Source: Callorhinchus milii | Taxonomy: Eukaryota | Assembly: GCF_018977255.1 (NCBI RefSeq) | Contig: NW_024704743.1 | Location: 43,960,001 to 44,024,000, forward strand | DNA: 64,000 nt | Direction of reading: 5' to 3' | Shown here: positions 39,735 to 52,130 of the stretch, piece after piece | How positions within the stretch are numbered: the stretch's first letter is position 1 | Layout of the letters: every line of letters starts with the position of its first letter | The notes under the pieces: generated by a model | The model's input: only the letters and a program-made list of their open reading frames with translations | Database searches by the model: none | Told to the model about the DNA's origin: nothing | Position numbers and translations under genes: made by a program

Positions 39735-40010
39735 AGAATCTCAAAGCATTTCACAACCATTTACTGCCATCATATTGACTGTTGTTGTAGAGAAACCTAA
39801 CAGTCATTTATACCAGCAAGTAAAACGTTAAGCCCATGAGGTGAATTGAATAAGAGGACTGTCGGCCAGGACACCAAGAGAAATTCCTGATTTTGAATAG
39901 TGCTGTGGATCTTTAACATCCACTAAAGAATAGGCAGCCAGGGACCTCAGTTTAACATCTCAGCTAAAGGACAGCATTTCCAGCAACACTTGGCATCTCC
40001 AGTACTGTAC
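39735..40010 (-). mobile_element. Deu-type SINE, decayed
   Basis: ggccaggacaccaagagaaa...ttgaatagtgc..tggatctttaacatccac...ctcagtttaacatctca. Confidence 0.7.
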
Positions 40011-40611
40011 ATCCTGAACTTAAAAATAAAATATCAACATATTTCCTGCGGTTTCTGAATGACTCAGTCTAGTATGCCTCAATTACAACTGAGGAGTGAA
40101 AAGGGTGCTGAATGCTAAAGAAACCTACGACATCTTTTGTTGAAGAGTCTTATTTTGCATGCAATGTATTTTCATCTCAGACCTTGTCCACAAAGCTAAA
40201 CACCCAGAAGAGCGACCAAAAAAAAGGATAAACACATGATTACTCTGGAAACAGGTTTCAACCATGGTTTTTTGTTGCAGAGTGATGTGATGTTGGAGAA
40301 TTCAAAAAGGATCCGAGGCAAAAAAGAATGCAATTATAAACTAAAAACAGGATGGGGACTCATATCTATTATTCACCCTTTCACTGCTGTCAGGATGGTC
40401 AGTCAAGGCCTTTTAATGCTTAATACTGCCATTAATACCATCAATTGTTGTTTCTCAACAGTCTGAACATAGATAAGAAATTACAGAATGAGGAAGAGCA
40501 TTTAGCCTATCTCACAGATCATGTAATTTGTTCCATTATGGACTTTGTCCAACCAATCTGAAAGAGGCAACTATTCACAGATAAACCTCAAAGAAGATAC
40601 AGCACACCAAA

Positions 40612-41193
40612 TAACAATCCATACATTTGATATAGCACCATTCAATTCAGAAGGATGTCTCCAAGCAATTTACTGTAAAGTGTAGTGACTGTGCAACCAA
40701 TTTGCTCATAAACCTGCAATGTCCCACAAACAGCCATGAAGTGAATGACAAATTTTATTTGGGAGACTGTTGGTCAGGATACCAGGAGAAACTCCCTTTT
40801 CTTTTTGAATTGTGCCAAAGGATCTTCAACATCCACGTAAACCATCAGACGTTACTTCAGTATAACATCTCATCTGAAGGAATGCACAACAATAATACTT
40901 GCATTGATATAGCCCCTCATCACATCTATGAGACGTCTCAAAGCAATTCACAGAACATACTGTAAAGTGAATTGACTGCATATTTTGTTGCCGAAACGCG
41001 GTAGCCACAGCAGTGTTCCACAAACAGTAATGGATTAAATGATCAAATCATTATTATTGTTCATTTATTTATTTTTGAAAGGATTATAACCCCAGGCAAG
41101 CGATCTGCCAATCAACTCACAACTGGGTTCCTATTTACTGCTAGGTGAACAGATGCGTGTAGAGTAAGGAACTTTGATCAACGTTTCGCCCTG
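40612..41193 (-). mobile_element. Two adjacent SINEs: Deu type (about 40612-40882) and long CORE/Meta-like type (about 40890-41193)
   Basis: Deu segment caggataccaggagaaactccc...gatcttcaacatccac; second copy has the ttactgctaggtgaacag centre. Confidence 0.78.
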
Positions 41194-43762
41194 CATGTGC
41201 ATTAGGTGTATGTTAGATGAAGATCTAATAAAAGTTATGCATAATAGGATATGCTCTTATCAGCTTTAATCAAGTGAGACTAGTTCGTGCTCACTATGGG
41301 AGAATTGGTACTTGAAGTGAGGATGTTCTCCCAGAATTTGAAAATGCAATTTCTGGGAATGTTTGTCAGCCAGGAACATAAACATAGATTATGAGGCATG
41401 AAAAGTAACAGGCCAGGCCAAGTTGCTGAGTTGCATACCATTCAAGTGATAAAGATTCTCTGAAGAGACAATATTTCTCTAGAAGGAACAATGGATGTGT
41501 AGTTTCAATTAATTGTTCAAATTTAATAAGTCATTCAGCAGGGCAAAATCTTTTCTTTCAAATTACCAGACCATTGTTCAATATTGTAGAAGGAATAGAA
41601 AATGTATTTTTTTTTAGTAATATTCATGATCCTTGCATTCCATTTAGCGCCTTAATAAGATAAGAAGCTAATGTCAAAATCTAGATATCCACCTCTCTGA
41701 TTTTATTGCTTCACCATTATAAAATCTTTGCTGAGTACCTCTACTACCCAAGTCTCTTGTTTAAACATCTAGACATTGGAAGACGTTTACAATTATATTG
41801 AAACCACTTACTTACAGCTCATTCAAAAATGAAAGGAATTATTGGACCTGGGAATGGCTGACAGAACAAATTTTTAAAAACACATCCCCATGAAATTGAA
41901 ATCGAATGGGCTTTTGATGGGTGCAACAATGCCTTTTGCCCATTCAATCTTCATGAAGTCATAGTACAGTGAATCTAAGATTACATGCAGAATGGTTACA
42001 TATTGATGCGGCCTGCTTAGTTATGAATATATTGGTGACATTATAGGCAGTGTGAGAAATGATTCATCAATTCAAGTTATTGCCAATAATTGTCTTGAGG
42101 CTAGTGGAATTTTCAAGTCCAAACCACCTATATAGCAACTGATGTAGAGGTGGTTTGTCTGTTGACAGCCAATGAATCAATTCTCATTATACAGCAATGC
42201 TGTCGCAGAACTTGGCTGTCTGAAGTGGTACACTAGCATTCTGTTTACTATGGTTTACTTTGGAGATTACACTTGTGATCCCAAGTTAATTGTTATATTT
42301 GAATGGCCTCTAATATGAATAAGAAGAACCCAGCAGTGCTGAACAACAATAGTTCAAATCATTCTGTTCAAAAGACACGTATTCAGGTACAATTTATGGA
42401 AAATGCCAACTGTAATGTTAAATGAGAATTGAAGATTATCAGCTGAATGGAGACCGACTATATCTGGGAAATTATACCAGAGTATGAAAACTGGAGATTG
42501 AAGTCACAGAGCAGGCTCCTAACCTGCCCAACCAACGGAAGGAATGAGTCAGAAGCAATTCTATTGCAATAGAGGATATTCAATGAACAGTAATAATGCA
42601 GAAGTGGAAACATACCAACCAGTATAATTTCTAAATAATGGCAGAGAATGTAGAGTGAGCTCAGATTAGACTAGACTTTTATATTTTGGTGGAGAACCAT
42701 TTAACTGGAGACCTGAATGACAGATTACTCTAACAGATACCAGACAGAGACACTGAAAGAATAACCAGACCTGCAAGCATGATTCATGGAAAGGCTATGT
42801 GATAACTGACGAGGCTCTAATATTTCAGGCAGTAATATAGAAATATGTGTCCCATAATAGATGCTATTTTTAAATCAGTTTGAAAAAGCCAGGGACCATG
42901 TCATCATTTTCGAGGCCCCCTCACCCACACATAATTTAAGGGACGTTTCCACAGCTGCTCGATGTAATGGTCACATAGAGGAAAAGGACCTTTGATCCAT
43001 CATGCGAACATTGGTTTAGTCTTAGAGCAGATCCAGAGCCACCACCCAACACTGATAGAGCATAGTATCTATATGAGATAAAATACGTAAGCAATATTTT
43101 CTTCAGTAAGAAATGTGTTACAAATGTTATATGCACAATACATCTGGACTAACAGTGAGTTGTAGGAAGAAATTTATTTGAGAGTTCTGTCTGGGAACTG
43201 TATAGAGAAAATGTATCAAGACAGACATATGAATTAATGGATTTTACATGAGTGCTCAGACTTGTTTTTTCTCCAGTATTGTAAAACCTTTATGTGTAAT
43301 GTATACTAAGTGAAACAATGTGGTAACATATTACTGTTCCCAATACCTTAGTGATATTCTGCCTTGTCAACTTGCATACTTGTGGAAGATTTATTGGAGG
43401 CTAATAGGGAGAGGGGTGGAGGCTCATATGGAACATAAACTGGCATGGACAAGTTGGGCCAATGTTGTGTTTTAGTGCTGTACAATCTATCTAATGTGAA
43501 TCCAAGGATATTCTAAAACCTGACAGCAAAAATTCAAAGCTGCTTATCCTTTTTAAAAAAAATCTTTATATTCTCCATGGAGTTGTAAGATGATGATACA
43601 CATAAATTGTTCTGGGTCAAAGAATTAACTGTAAACTTTTTCAAATCAATAATCACATCCTATATTTGGATTTGAAAGTGTAGAAGTTACTTGATCAGCT
43701 CTATGCAAACATCAATACAGAAGAAACATCTTGGTCACTATATAAATAACAACGTACTTTAT

Positions 43763-43930
43763 TCTGAAATAAAAACAGATGTCACTGGGAACACTCAGCA
43801 GATCAGACAGGATCTTTGGAAAGAGGAAGGCCAGTTAACGTTTCAGGTCCATAGATGCCGCCTGACCCTCTCAGTGTTCCCAGAAGCTTCTGTCTTTATT
43901 TCAGATTTCCAGCATCGGTAGTATTTTGCC
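43763..43930. mobile_element. Fold-back repeat resembling the common chondrichthyan Penelope-like terminal element; a more decayed copy is at about 715-870
   Basis: Inverted arms tctgaaataaaaacaga..ctgggaacactcag / ctcagtgttcccag..tctgtctttatttcaga around gttaacgtttcaggtc; the family assignment is from recall. Confidence 0.55.
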
Positions 43931-45307
43931 TTATGTTTATTGCTTAATTCACATACTTTATTCTGCTTCTTCTGTAAGGATAGCAGCTGGTTTTATGTAG
44001 GAACATATTGTAATACTGTCTGCTATTCGTAATTATGTTAGTTATGAAGGGAAATAGTTTAATACTGTTTACTATTCATTATTTGTGAAGACTGGTCGAT
44101 AATGTATAAATATTGCTAAAGATTTTTTTTTGAGGGAAAGGTACATAGATATCTGAGAAAGAAATCCCACTGGAATCCTAGTTCATTAATAAAATAAATA
44201 AACCAGTAAAAAAAATCCTACTCTCTGTGATCTTGTTACCCCACTTTCCGCTTTACATTAATCTACAATAACAGAGAGCTGGCTCATTGTGGTTCCATGC
44301 CTCCAACAAAGATAAGACAAAACCAGAATAAAGTATGGGATTATGAATGTAAACACAGTACAATACTTTAGGATGCACCAAGAGAGTAAAACAAAGAATA
44401 TGGGTTTAGCGTTGCAAAGGGCAACTGCAGGACAGACAGCAGAAAAAAATTCTTTACCAAAGGTTAATTAACAACTGGAACAGGTTGTCAGGATGGGTGA
44501 TTGAGCCCAGGGCACTGGATGCACAGCTTCATTGTGGAAGCACAGTAGGAATGGGTATTCTGGAAGAATTAAATCGGCCCAAGGACCTTCTTCATCAAAA
44601 TATAACCACTTTACAGTAACTCTTTTGGAGGATGTTGAGACATCCTTCTGATGATAAAGGCACAATATAAAAATGCAAAGATTCTTATTTACCCAATGAG
44701 TTTTAAAGGTTTCTTTTCTTCTTATAATTAATCTCACGTTATCAACATTCTACTCAATATGATCTGCTCTGTTGTTAACCGTCTCTCGGATGACTGGTTG
44801 TAACTTGCATTGAAATCCTGTGTCATTTTTCTGTCTTGCTCAATAGATATCCATCCACTCTGCACATATTTCCTGTAACAATATGCACTACCTTATATTC
44901 TTTTTGTATTGAATTCTAAAGTCGCTCTTGAACCAGTTGTTCTGAGGTATTTGAAGACAATGCAGGGTTCACACATCTTTGTGCTCTTAAGTGGCTGAGA
45001 TCAGGAACTCACCACATGAGTGAAATAGACTGGACCAACATGGTACCCTGGTGCTGAACGTGTGATTGCTGCAGTATCAGGCAACTTTAAAAGGGAAAGA
45101 AGGTACTCTCCATTTTATAGAAACACACATATTAAACTAGAAAGAATTCTGATAGAATTATTTTTTAAAAAACATAGATTTATTTACCTGTGACTGGACA
45201 CCTCTCATGATATATCGCTCACTCTCTTCCAGACAACTATCAGGTAAAGAGACTTGATAGGGTGGTTTCCATACCAAAAAAATAGGAAGTCTTCCAAAGT
45301 TATTGGT

Positions 45308-45673
45308 GGAGTCCCATAGTGTATTGGTTAGAGCTTCACAAGCAAGAGGACCCAGGTTCAATAACCATGCAGGGAGAAACCTTAGGGAAGTTTCTTTACT
45401 TTACATGTTTCTGTTTACCTAGCAGTAAGTAGGAACCTAGTTGTTAGTTGATTGGCGGATCACTTTCCAAGTGTAGTAATCCCTCCACCTCCTAAAAAAA
45501 TGTGATCACTTAATCCACAGCTGTTTGTGCGAGATTGTTGTACACAATTGGCTGCCACGTTTCACCCACAAAATACATAGTCAATGCACTTCACAATATA
45601 TTCTGTGAAGCTCTTTGAGATATCAACAACATGATAAGCACTATATCAAATGCAAGGATTATTATTATTATAA
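45308..45673 (+). mobile_element. tRNA-derived SINE, long form
   Basis: ggagtccc head, ctgtttacctagcagtaagtaggaacc centre, complete tail. Confidence 0.88.
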
Positions 45674-45767
45674 TAAAATTATGAAGAAGTAATTTGATCA
45701 ATAATATTTCTGCTGGGCTTTCTATCTTAGACTGTATTTATTTATTTTTAAATATTTCATAAAGAAA

Positions 45768-46135
45768 TTGCATTTTAATAGCTCCTTATCACATCAAAAT
45801 GTGCTTCCTAGGTCATTATTGTCAAGTTTATTTTGTTAGCAAACATGGGAGTCTTTTGAGGCAGCAAGTTCCCAAAATAGCCATGAAGTGAATGATGAAT
45901 TTATCTGGAGGATTGGTGACCAGTACCCTGGAAGAAAATCTTTCTGAATTGTGTTATGGGATCTCTAATATTCACTTGAACTGTGAGGCAGAACCTTGGT
46001 TTAACATTTCAAAGGGCTCACAGTATGGGATTGGAATGTCATCCTAGATTATGAGCTCAAATCCCAATGTGGGTCTTGAATCCACAACCATTTGACCCAG
46101 ATCCAGAGGCAAGAGTGGTATGGAGTTAAGCTGAC
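45768..46135 (-). mobile_element. Deu-type SINE, heavily decayed
   Basis: ttgcatttt tail, gccatgaagtgaatga, tgggatctctaatattcacttgaac, gggtcttgaatccacaacc. Confidence 0.65.
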
Positions 46136-48384
46136 TATATGCTGGGTGAAGCTTCCTTCAACTATTCTTGACCTACATATCTCACTCATCAGTACAAGGG
46201 CTAATACTTCTTAACAAACCAATTCACTATAGCATTTTATGAAGGGTACATCAGCAGTCGATACATAGCATTCATTGCATAAACAGACCGAGGACACTTT
46301 CTTATCTGTCAAATGAATACACTCTGCCTATTAACCTATTTGCAGTGGACCCCTTCCATAAAGATAAATTATGTATAGGCTTTACTTGCATTACACTAAC
46401 AGGTCTCGTGAAGAGTTATAGCTCCTGGTATACTGTATCTCATTTAATTTATCCTTGTTACCCTCACCCCTACCCCATTTTCAGATGCTCAAAGAAACAG
46501 CTCTTGACACATTCTGTACACCTCCAGGAATATTCCCGGTGCTGTATTCTCAGTCACTGCCTGCAATGTAACAAACCTTGCCAATGTCAGTGCAGTTATG
46601 TAACAAGCTTAATTTCTACCTAGCAAGAGGAACATTGTGATATTGAAAAGGGGGTGATTTTTCACAGTACAATGAATTTACTGGCCTTGGTAAACTGTGC
46701 ATTTTGCAATTGAACATCATGAAAATTTACTGACCAGTAAAAAATCTCATTTAACAATGTGTTACAAATGCCCGATTTCCATTGTACAAAATAAACAGAA
46801 CAGAATTAATTCTAATAATTCTCCGTTCATGACTTCTTTCTTTGACCGAAAAGTATTGTGAAAGATAACGGAAGTTATGGAGTAAGACATTTTCTAAAAA
46901 TTAAATCAATAAACACTATAGAAAAAGTCTGTACTGTAAAGAAAATCTAAAATGACTTTTCGAAATTAATTATTTCTTTGATTTCCCATTGGAGCCTCAC
47001 ATGGAGATACACTGTGGGATTGTTAACACATCATAGACTGTACAATGAAGACATTAAAAAGATTTGTGTAGAATTCTCTGAAAGGTTGAAATAAAATGAT
47101 AAACAACTGTTCCAAACATTTTGGAGTAGTAAATGTATTGGTATTTTATAATGTAAAAATTAAAAATAGCACAATAAACAGTTCAGAGATTTGTCTGTTA
47201 ATACTCAAAAAATATTGATCCAAGGATTTAGTAGCAATTGGAAACTGTGCAACACTCTACGTTAGCAGACTATCTTATCACGTCTAAGACTCGTGGACTG
47301 AAATTTCAGTCAATGTTTTATGCCTTGAGTGATGTTATGATTTTCCCATTATAAATCACACATTGTCAAAGGCGGGACACAGACCAATGTCAACTCACTG
47401 GACTTGAATCAGGCCTAGACTGATAGAATGAGAGTCTTCTCTCTGTCGGGTGTGGGCGACTTTAAAAAATGACTTTAAGCAGTTTCAATCGAACTCCTGG
47501 TTGATCTTCAGCACTGAACTGACCACAATTTGGCAGCCATTGGCACTAAAACACTTGACTTGAAAGGAGCTATATATATGTAAATTTTTGTTGTTTAAAT
47601 TGCAATTGATTTGATCAACAAGGACAGGAACTAGCATGGACCAAACAGATACATGCTGCACAATAGGACAGTAAAGCTACACAACATGTACACAAACATG
47701 CACTGCCCATCACATGCAGTCAATATCCAAGACATGATAAGGATCAATTGTAAGGATTATTATTGTATTATATTTCTTACGTAGAACACAAGCTGATTCA
47801 TCAATATGGAAGTGGCCATATCCAAGAAGCAAAATGGCTACTGGGTTGGACAGGACTGAATTAGAACCACTCTATTACCAGTTTCCAGAGAATCATGTTT
47901 TCTAGGTAAACTCTTATGCCTCTTTGACTGCGCCTATGATAACCTCCCACTTCTGCTTTTTCCTTCCTCGGAATTGTACAGCATTCTGAGATACTGTACT
48001 GCATGAAGGAAACCATTTAAATGCAAGTTGTTGTTGCTGTTTGTACGTAATTGGGGATGAAGTCCAATAATATTTTTAGACTGAATTACCCACTATGGGG
48101 AAAGACTATTTTAATAATAAACTTGCCTATTTTAACAACAGCTCTTGCCCCCTCTTTGCCTACCTTCAAATCAACTGAGGACTTTCCTCTTCAACTGTGC
48201 CATCGATCACGTCACCTCTTTCCAGGTTGGCATCAAACCGTACCCCGTTAAGCACTTCAGATCTGAGGCAGACCGGATCTGAGGGATTTCAATGGGTTAA
48301 GTTCAAACTTGGGCTGAAAGAAGTAAAAGAAAATAAAGGAGACATTTAGCTGCTGACTCGCCAAAGTAAGTAACATATTGGGAA

Positions 48385-48461
48385 CTTTAAGTTCACTTCC
48401 TAAAATAGTCCTAAGGTGTAGAACCTTTAAGTTCACTTCCTAAAATAGTCCTAAGGTGTAG
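48385..48461. repeat. Tandem duplication, 40-bp period (37 bp identical)
   Basis: ctttaagttcacttcctaaaatagtcctaaggtgtag occurs at 48385-48421 and 48425-48461. Confidence 0.95.
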
Positions 48462-49742
48462 CACAGCATGAAGCAAAACATCACTAGGCACAATCTTACG
48501 GATAGGAATTTAATTGATGTTATATTTTACATTTCTGAAAAGTTCAATATAATTTTAAAATGAAGTGCTTACAGGCAGGGTTATTCGTTGTTGGCAATTG
48601 AAATGCCGTGCATAAAAATTATAATTGATCAACATACATCATAATCTTTGAGTAGAACCTTTATCCGGTGCTATAGTGAGTATTAAGAGTTATGTGGAAA
48701 TTATACCAGAAGTAATGTACCACCGAACATACCTCAGAGTCTCTGTCAACCATAGTGTGCTTGGCTGGGTGAGCCGTAAATGTCCGTAACCAGTATATCT
48801 AATTCAGTGGTAATCTCATTAATTCAAAGTTAAGACGGTTAAAAAAATGCCTTGGCAAAATACCTGGTGAACAAAATATCAACCTCCTGCAAAAAGCAGC
48901 TATTTTAGGAAGCTCAAATCATTACGGAAAGTAACATCCAGTGGCAGTATTATTGCTCTGGCTGACCCATCACTGAAAACCATTTAGAAATGACCTCTGC
49001 AGAGTGATTTAAAGTGTAATATAATAATAATAAAAATAATAATAGTTGCATTTGATATAGTGTGTTTCACATTGTTATTATAGGGTATGTTATTAAACAC
49101 AGTCTTGATCCAGATTCCATGCTCAATTCAAAAAGATAAGGAGGTTTTATCCTGGTGTCCTGGCCAACAGTTCCCCAAATTAAATCGGTCATGAACTTCA
49201 TTTAAATTTGGGATGTTGCTGTGCAAAAATTAGTTGCCACATTCATGTACCAAACAGTCACTGCACTTTGCAGTGAATCCTGTGAAGTGCTTGAGATGTC
49301 CTTGCAACATGAAAGGTGCAAGGATTATTGTTTTTGTAATTTAGGTAACAAAGCATTACTCGCTTGATACAGCTTTAACATTGTAAATGAATAGAGAAAC
49401 ATTAAACAATAAGCTAGAAATATGTAACACAGAAATGCATAACTCAATTTAAAGAGAGCCTTTGAAAATCTTGCAAAAGATACAACATTGGTTCGGATGA
49501 AGGAGGATCTGATCTTATTCTCCAAAACAGCCACCCTCCCATCACGCATCAAACTGAATTTAAATGAGTCCAGTGAACTGGCTTCAGCCATCCTTTCCGA
49601 CAATCCATTCCAATTATTTTGGTAATCGGCATTTGATCAGCCTGGGAGAAAAGGTTCTCCAAATGAATACTCCAATAGAATCTTCTGGAAATATATTCTC
49701 AAAATCCCTCTTTGATCTTTAGAGTCTGGTAAGCAAAGTTCA

Positions 49743-50063
49743 AGAGTCCTGTGGCTCAGTGGTTAGAGCACTCGCTTTGCAAGTGAGAGACCTGAGTTCA
49801 ATTCCAGGCAGAGGGCGAAACCTTGGGCAAGTTTCCTTACTCCACACAGAGCCTAATAATAATCGCTCCAAAACCAAAAACACTAATAAATTGGTCATTT
49901 TCAATCCACGGCTGTTTGTGGGACATTGCTGTGCGCAATTGGCTGCCGCGTTCGCCCACAAATATACAGTCAATTCACTTTACAGTGTATTCTGTGAAGC
50001 GCTTTGGGACGTCCTCCCGACGTGAAAAGCGCTATATCAAATGCAAGGATTATTATTATTATT
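49743..50063 (+). mobile_element. tRNA-derived SINE, short form with L2-type tail variant; among the best-preserved copies
   Basis: A box ggctcagtgg, B box gttcaattcc, CpGs retained, tail gggacgtcctcccgacgtgaaaagcgctatatcaaatgcaagg(att)n. Confidence 0.93.
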
Positions 50064-51340
50064 CAAAGCAGCCATCATGCTCGATCAAGCCTTTGATTAG
50101 CAATTGGTGAAACTATCTATGGATTCCAATATGCATTGAATTCAAATTGTCTATTCACTCAATGGGAGGGAGGAGAGAGCCCATTATGCACCATGTGCAG
50201 ATCATGTGTAAACTATGATGCAAACAGCAGTACTGTACACTGTGTTTACAGAGAGAATTATAGATCCCTTAATTATGCATTGAACAACAAATTTTATCCA
50301 ATCATCTATTCAGCAAGTTGGAACAGTCTGAAGACACAGTGAAGTGCTTGGGCACTACACTCACACATTAGATCAAGGGAAGGATTTTCTTGCGCCTTCT
50401 TTCAAATATGCAGCGACTGTGGATAACCCTTAAATCTCTATTTCTCACACAGAGTGGGACTGCCACTGGTTTTCAGAAAGTCCCAGTTGGATGAATTGCT
50501 GCCACAGAGATACAGGCAGGACAGCCTCATGTCCTTGTCAGGTTTGTGATGGCACGTACACCACACCCTCTGGTGGGTTTGATTGACCACAGGGAGTGTA
50601 GCAGCAAAGGCACACAATTCAAAGGACAAGACCTCAGGGATTGTCCTACAGAATCTGCTACAGAGCACCCACTAATGATACCCTGAATGGATTGCCAGTT
50701 CAGACATCAGAGCCTGGGTGCCTTAAAGCTGTAAACCTATCTCTTCCTGCCTCACAGCCACTCTTGCTCTGGACCAAAGGTTGAGACTTCTCTGGCTGTA
50801 AGTCCAGAGAGAACAAAGGAAGCCTGAGGCTTCGCTACATGCCCAAGTTGAGGCTATTGAGAAGAAGCTGCTGTGTCAATTAACTTGAGAGACCAGGTTG
50901 GGGATAATGCTCGAGTGAGAACCGGGAATGAGAATGGAGGGTGCAAGACATCAATTACTTGTACCCTTGTGTGTGTGTGTTAGAGATTATCTCTCTGACA
51001 GGTACACCAGAGTCACTGAAGTTTTCCTCATATTAATATTTATAAACCAAGTCTATCTCTGTGTATGTTCAGTATCTGTATGGCTCAGAGACACTGACAT
51101 CATGGTTACAATATCTTGAAAGTGACAAGAGGCCTTTAACTTTTACCACAACAAGAATGATTTTGTGACATTGTCATTGCCAGTATTCATTTGATCCATT
51201 CAATCTCCTTGAGGGCAGGAATGTTTGTATGCCGTAGCTTTACATACAAAATGAAAATGATTTTTAATGCATTTTCATGGATTAAAATGAACTCAATGCT
51301 ATTTGTTCTGGATTAGTGGCATAAATCTTTCCCTCTTAAG

Positions 51341-51516
51341 AACTCACTTGTGCTATTAACTCTTTGTCTACAAATCTGCTAGAAAAACAAGAGAGAAAGC
51401 TTGCACTGAAACAAGCCTTTAATGTAGCCTGTAGTGAATTGAAACCAAAATTGAAAGAAAGTACTTCCACAATTTTGACCTCATCTATTCCACTGGGATT
51501 AGCCATATCAGTATGA
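51341..51516 (+). CDS. Candidate terminal coding exon (E)LTCAINSLSTNLLEKQERKLALKQAFNVACSELKPKLKESTSTILTSSIPLGLAISV*; product unknown; strand ambiguous
   Basis: Acceptor tctttccctcttaag|, 57 open codons, TGA at 51514-51516, AATAAA at 51523-51528; the antisense frame is also open and ends at a CAA|gtgagt donor. Confidence 0.22.
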
Positions 51517-51789
51517 GACAAGAATAAAGTGGTGAAATGCATTCTCCACTTTCTTCTTCAGGTGAAAGAATTGGCTTCATAGCCATCAGGTTTTTCTTGC
51601 CTTCAATTATTAACTGTTGATATTCAATATAGTAATTAAATAAGAGTAACCATTGGCAGTCAGATATTTTTGCATCTTCGTTGACTCTCCCTTATTTTTT
51701 ACCCAGCTCTGCTTGAACTGAAAACGGCGTGTACATATGTTAAGTCTGTACTCAATCAGTTAGTCAGTCAGTCCCATCAAACCTTCTTT

Positions 51790-52130
51790 TAATAACAATA
51801 ATACATGCATTTGGTATAGCATCTTATTATGATGTGCACATCACAACATTTATTGTAAACTGTAGTGTCTGTATTTACAGGTGAATGCAACAACCAATTT
51901 GCACACAATGTCCCACAAACAGCCATGAAGTGAGTGATCAATTTTATTTGGGGGAATTATGGACCAGAAAACATTCCCTTTCTCTTTTCAAAAACTACCA
52001 TAGGATCATTGATGTCCACTTATACAGAAACCTCAGTTTCACGACTTATCCAAAGGACAGTAGTCAATGAAGCACTCCACCAGCATGTCAGCCTAGACTG
52101 TGACCTCAAAGTCCTGATGTAGGGCTTGAC
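51790..52130 (-). mobile_element. Deu-type SINE, decayed, followed by a short CR1 3' tail (about 52133-52210)
   Basis: tgtcccacaaacagccatgaagtgagtga...cctcagttt...gtcagcctagactgtg; then agaacaggagtaggccattcagccc. Confidence 0.7.

Noticed and set aside
44468..44737. 89-aa ORF as a host exon
   Set aside because: Composite of a SINE tail fragment and an antisense CR1 3' fragment
30714..45240. Further minus-strand donor-like sites preceded by short ATG frames (MFYKYSKQQM near 30715, MENWRTIRNCIS near 35056, MRGVQSQ near 45188) and a perfect donor at 38390
   Set aside because: Donor-like hexamers occur many times by chance in 64 kb; no recognisable homology or promoter context
47296..47311. 16-bp palindrome gactgaaatttcagtc (and 12-bp ccgtccggacgg at 26565-26576)
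   Set aside because: Palindromes of this length are expected by chance in a 64-kb window
49743..49815. tRNA-Ala gene (and similar heads at other SINE copies)
   Set aside because: No 3' acceptor-stem strand; runs directly into the SINE body
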